From an uncultured Gammaproteobacteria bacterium (lineage in GTDB: Bacteria; Patescibacteriota; Patescibacteriia; Magasanikbacterales; GWA2-37-8), in NCBI GenBank assembly GCA_964363145.1, contig CAYIHE010000001.1, positions 1 to 53,447 on the forward strand: 53,447 nt of DNA, in the 5' to 3' direction. The notes below the pieces were generated by a model. The model was not told the origin of the DNA. It did no database searches and saw nothing but the letters and a program-made list of their open reading frames with translations. Positions 51,210 through 53,447 of the stretch are shown here, in pieces. The translations under genes and the position numbers were made by a program. Every line of letters starts with the position of its first letter. Position 1 is the stretch's first letter.

Positions 51210-52001
51210 CTACTTCCAACGAACAATAAAAAATAAAAATAAAATAAATAAAACCGAATTTATTCCCAAAAACCAAATTTGCTTGCGCCAATCTATCCCC
51301 TCTTTTGATAAATTGAATCTGACCATTAACCAAAGCACATACCAGCACCAAATTAAAATAAGACTACTGACCAGATATCCCAAAGGCAAAAGCTCCACGG
51401 CCCAAATCAGTTCCAAATTTAATATTGCCCAAAAACCGGTCCATAGCCAAAAAGTTTTGTTTTTTTGCGCGCCGTATTCAAGCCACCACCAGCCGGCAAT
51501 AATCGCGGAAAAAACCGAGGCCACCGCCAGCCAAACCAATGGACTGACACCGGGCATAATCTGGAAAGAATTAATCGCGCCCACGCCTTGAAAAATTCCC
51601 GCCAAACCGATAATGCTCATCATAAACCGCCAGCGCAAATGCGGTTTTAAAAATGTGGCCAAGCTGACGCTGGATGACGGCAATAACCAAAAACTGAAAA
51701 AAGAAAAAAAAGAAAAAAACATCCCGAACAAATACCACGCGGTTTTCCATTCTATAAAAAGCAAAAATGCCAGCGCCCCGATTGTCATTATCGCCAGCGA
51801 AGCTAGATGCTTCCATCGGCTCATTTCGGCCGGATAATAAACCATCCACATAAATGCCGCCCAAAGGGCCAACCGGAATGCCAGCCAAACGCCCACCCAC
51901 CACCAAGAATTAAGGTGCCCCACCCACCACAGCATAACCAAACTAATCAAAAAATCAAGCACGGCCGCTAGTTTGGGATGGAAGGAAATTGATTTGAGCA
52001 T
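51210..52001 (-). CDS. Trp-rich polytopic membrane protein
   Basis: 263 aa, about 8 TM, many W residues (WWVGHLNSWWWVGVW). First gene of the minus-strand operon that ends in the giant gene. Confidence 0.65.
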   Translation of the reverse strand: MLKSISFHPKLAAVLDFLISLVMLWWVGHLNSWWWVGVWLAFRLALWAAFMWMVYYPAEMSRWKHLASLAIMTIGALAFLLFIEWKTAWYLFGMFFSFFSFFSFWLLPSSSVSLATFLKPHLRWRFMMSIIGLAGIFQGVGAINSFQIMPGVSPLVWLAVASVFSAIIAGWWWLEYGAQKNKTFWLWTGFWAILNLELIWAVELLPLGYLVSSLILIWCWYVLWLMVRFNLSKEGIDWRKQIWFLGINSVLFILFLFFIVRWK

Positions 52002-52007
52002 ATTAAC

Positions 52008-52044
52008 GGGATTACACAGATTTACAGTGTGGATTACACTGATA
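52008..52044. repeat. GATTAC-type leader repeat
   Basis: GGGATTACACAGATTTACAGTGTGGATTACACTGATAG, starting 7 nt upstream of the start codon at 52001. Confidence 0.7.
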
Positions 52045-52107
52045 GATATTGTGGTATTATTTTGATTATTATATCTTTTTTTTAGGAAAAAAGCAAACCC
52101 GCGCTCC

Positions 52108-52136
52108 TTGACAAATCACTATAATTATGGTATATA
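52108..52136 (+). promoter_or_regulatory. Consensus sigma70-like promoter
   Basis: TTGACA (52108-52113), 17-nt spacer, TATATA (52131-52136). Confidence 0.45.
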
Positions 52137-52175
52137 AACACCAGTCAAACACGGTATTTGGCGAGGAGGAACACC

Positions 52176-52559
52176 ATGAGAAAGCTCGTTGTTCCATCGA
52201 TTGTTATTGGATTCGTCTGGTTCTTTCTGGTGATCGTCCTAAACTTGATCGACCAAGTTGCAGACAAACGAATCACATCAGTTGCCTACGGGATCTCTAT
52301 TGTCGCCTTATTCTATATGTGGGACATTCTAACAGCGTGGTACGATTTCAAGCCATTCTCGAAGAAGTTCTTTCTGGCACTGGCGATTTTTGCAGGCGTC
52401 AGCATGAGTTTGATGTGGACAGTATATTTCTTGCAACTAATTCCCAAGAAACTCCACATATCATTCGGTTGGGTGCTTGTGGGATGGCTGCCGGCCACCA
52501 TCGTCCGGGCACTTGTACCAATACCCAGAAAGAAAAACCCGGGCTCCACGACCGACTAA
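52176..52559 (+). CDS. Orphan 127-aa 4-TM membrane protein with a strong SD
   Basis: Start moved to MRKLVVPS because GAGGAGG (52163-52169) lies 6 nt upstream. Hydrophobic segments. No motif. Confidence 0.55.
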   Translation: MRKLVVPSIVIGFVWFFLVIVLNLIDQVADKRITSVAYGISIVALFYMWDILTAWYDFKPFSKKFFLALAIFAGVSMSLMWTVYFLQLIPKKLHISFGWVLVGWLPATIVRALVPIPRKKNPGSTTD

Positions 52560-52763
52560 TTGGCGCATCGCGCTTCTCCCTGTTGTTCTATGACAACTGG
52601 GATTATTTTTTTACTTTTGAGGTATATGGCTTCTTACTTTTCTCCATCCCCTTATAAAAAAAAAGATTATCCCTCCCCTTATAGGAGAGGGAACGAAACG
52701 AGTGAATAAAAAAGCCCTAGGTATCACCAAGGGCGACGGCGGCTGATTATTGCTAGGAAAGAG

Positions 52764-53291
52764 CTATTTGGGATTATGAGCATTGGCTAAATACCTACAG
52801 CGAAATGGCACCCATTTCTTCCTTTCCATTATCGCCACAAACGTAACATATTCTTCTTCACTGCCATTACCGGCAAAGAACCGAACAGGACCGCAGTATC
52901 TTTCTATAGTACCACGCCTTATTGCTTTTCCAGCCTCCGTTTCTTCAGTAAAGAAGTCAATCCAGAATTCTACTTCACTATAGACTTGCACCTGAGCAGT
53001 AAAGAAACCGGGCTGGTTGGCCACCTGCTTCATTGGTAGTGAATATATCACGCCATCATTCCAATCTTTGTTAATATGCTCACTTACCTTAATAACAGTA
53101 CCCTCATCCGGCAGATCAACAATCTGCACGATGATCATATCACGCTTCTTCATCAACTCGTTGTGATATCTCTCCGCCTTATCCCACTCGCTCAATCCTC
53201 TGTTATGACTACAGCCGCCGTTGATGACCGCCATAGGCACGAGGAGCACACTGACAACGATGAATGACAGCATGAGACGACAGTGTGACAT
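52764..53291 (-). CDS. Orphan secreted/lipoprotein-like protein (175 aa)
   Basis: Start taken at MSHCRLMLSFIVVSVLLVPMAVINGGC (signal peptide with Cys). Minus-strand TTGACA (53384-53389), 17-nt spacer, TAGTTT upstream. No motif. Confidence 0.5.
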   Translation of the reverse strand: MSHCRLMLSFIVVSVLLVPMAVINGGCSHNRGLSEWDKAERYHNELMKKRDMIIVQIVDLPDEGTVIKVSEHINKDWNDGVIYSLPMKQVANQPGFFTAQVQVYSEVEFWIDFFTEETEAGKAIRRGTIERYCGPVRFFAGNGSEEEYVTFVAIMERKKWVPFRCRYLANAHNPK

Positions 53292-53447
53292 GGTAGATTC
53301 CTTTTCACACAGAAACCCGAATCGCTCGGGCAAGCGCGCCGCTAATTTAGCGGACAGATTAAACTAACATACAAATATCCGATTGTCAAACATTGTACTG
53401 TTGCACAGTTAAAGTTACCTTCTGTGGATAAATTAATGATAATGAAT

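Overview
The window is AT-rich: hand-counted 60-nt lines are about 25-45% GC. It is gene-dense and coded almost entirely on the minus strand. It looks like a streamlined CPR/Patescibacteria-like bacterium. That placement is inference from small genes, native genes without Shine-Dalgarno (SD) sequences, and dense short GC-rich palindromic repeats. Gene order, left to right:
- F1Fo ATP synthase operon: atpZ-like, atpB-E-F-H-A-G and the 5' part of atpD.
- NUDIX hydrolase, TatD, CvpA, a hypothetical protein, MetRS, RsmI.
- A sulfur/Fe-S block: ThiI, exonuclease, Rrf2, NifS, NifU, two ferredoxins.
- CopA, RlmN, transketolase.
- A small accessory patch at 23.2-25.8 kb: high-GC orphan gene, hairpin cluster, HicAB, PQ-loop protein.
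- LtaS-like sulfatase, HPF, MurB.
- A plus-strand cell-wall cluster: ATP-grasp, C40-like, MraY, ATE/Bpt-like, Mpl/MurC-like.
- LysW-like zinc ribbon, PLP enzyme, GH-like/FG-GAP secreted protein, radical SAM, O-antigen ligase.
- A 2.8-kb high-GC island with three envelope proteins (41.0-43.9 kb).
- A minus-strand operon ending in a 1611-aa giant protein, with Wzz-like and catalytically dead HtrA-like genes.
- A final convergent pair of orphan genes.

No rRNA, tRNA or CRISPR array was found. The most unusual signals are:
1. The high-GC island and a separate single-gene high-GC cassette. Both carry strong SD sequences that about 20 native genes lack. Host-type MITE-like repeats sit inside the island.
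2. Several families of GC-rich palindromic repeats (TGTCAT...ATGACA elements and smaller hairpin modules) are inserted in-frame into at least ten housekeeping genes and into the spacers of the ATP synthase operon.
3. A terminator-capped structured RNA of about 175 nt lies upstream of rsmI.
4. The giant coiled-coil/Gly-zipper protein operon.
5. An atypical peptidoglycan cluster containing an aminoacyl-tRNA-transferase-like gene.

All product calls come from motif recognition by eye. No database search was run.
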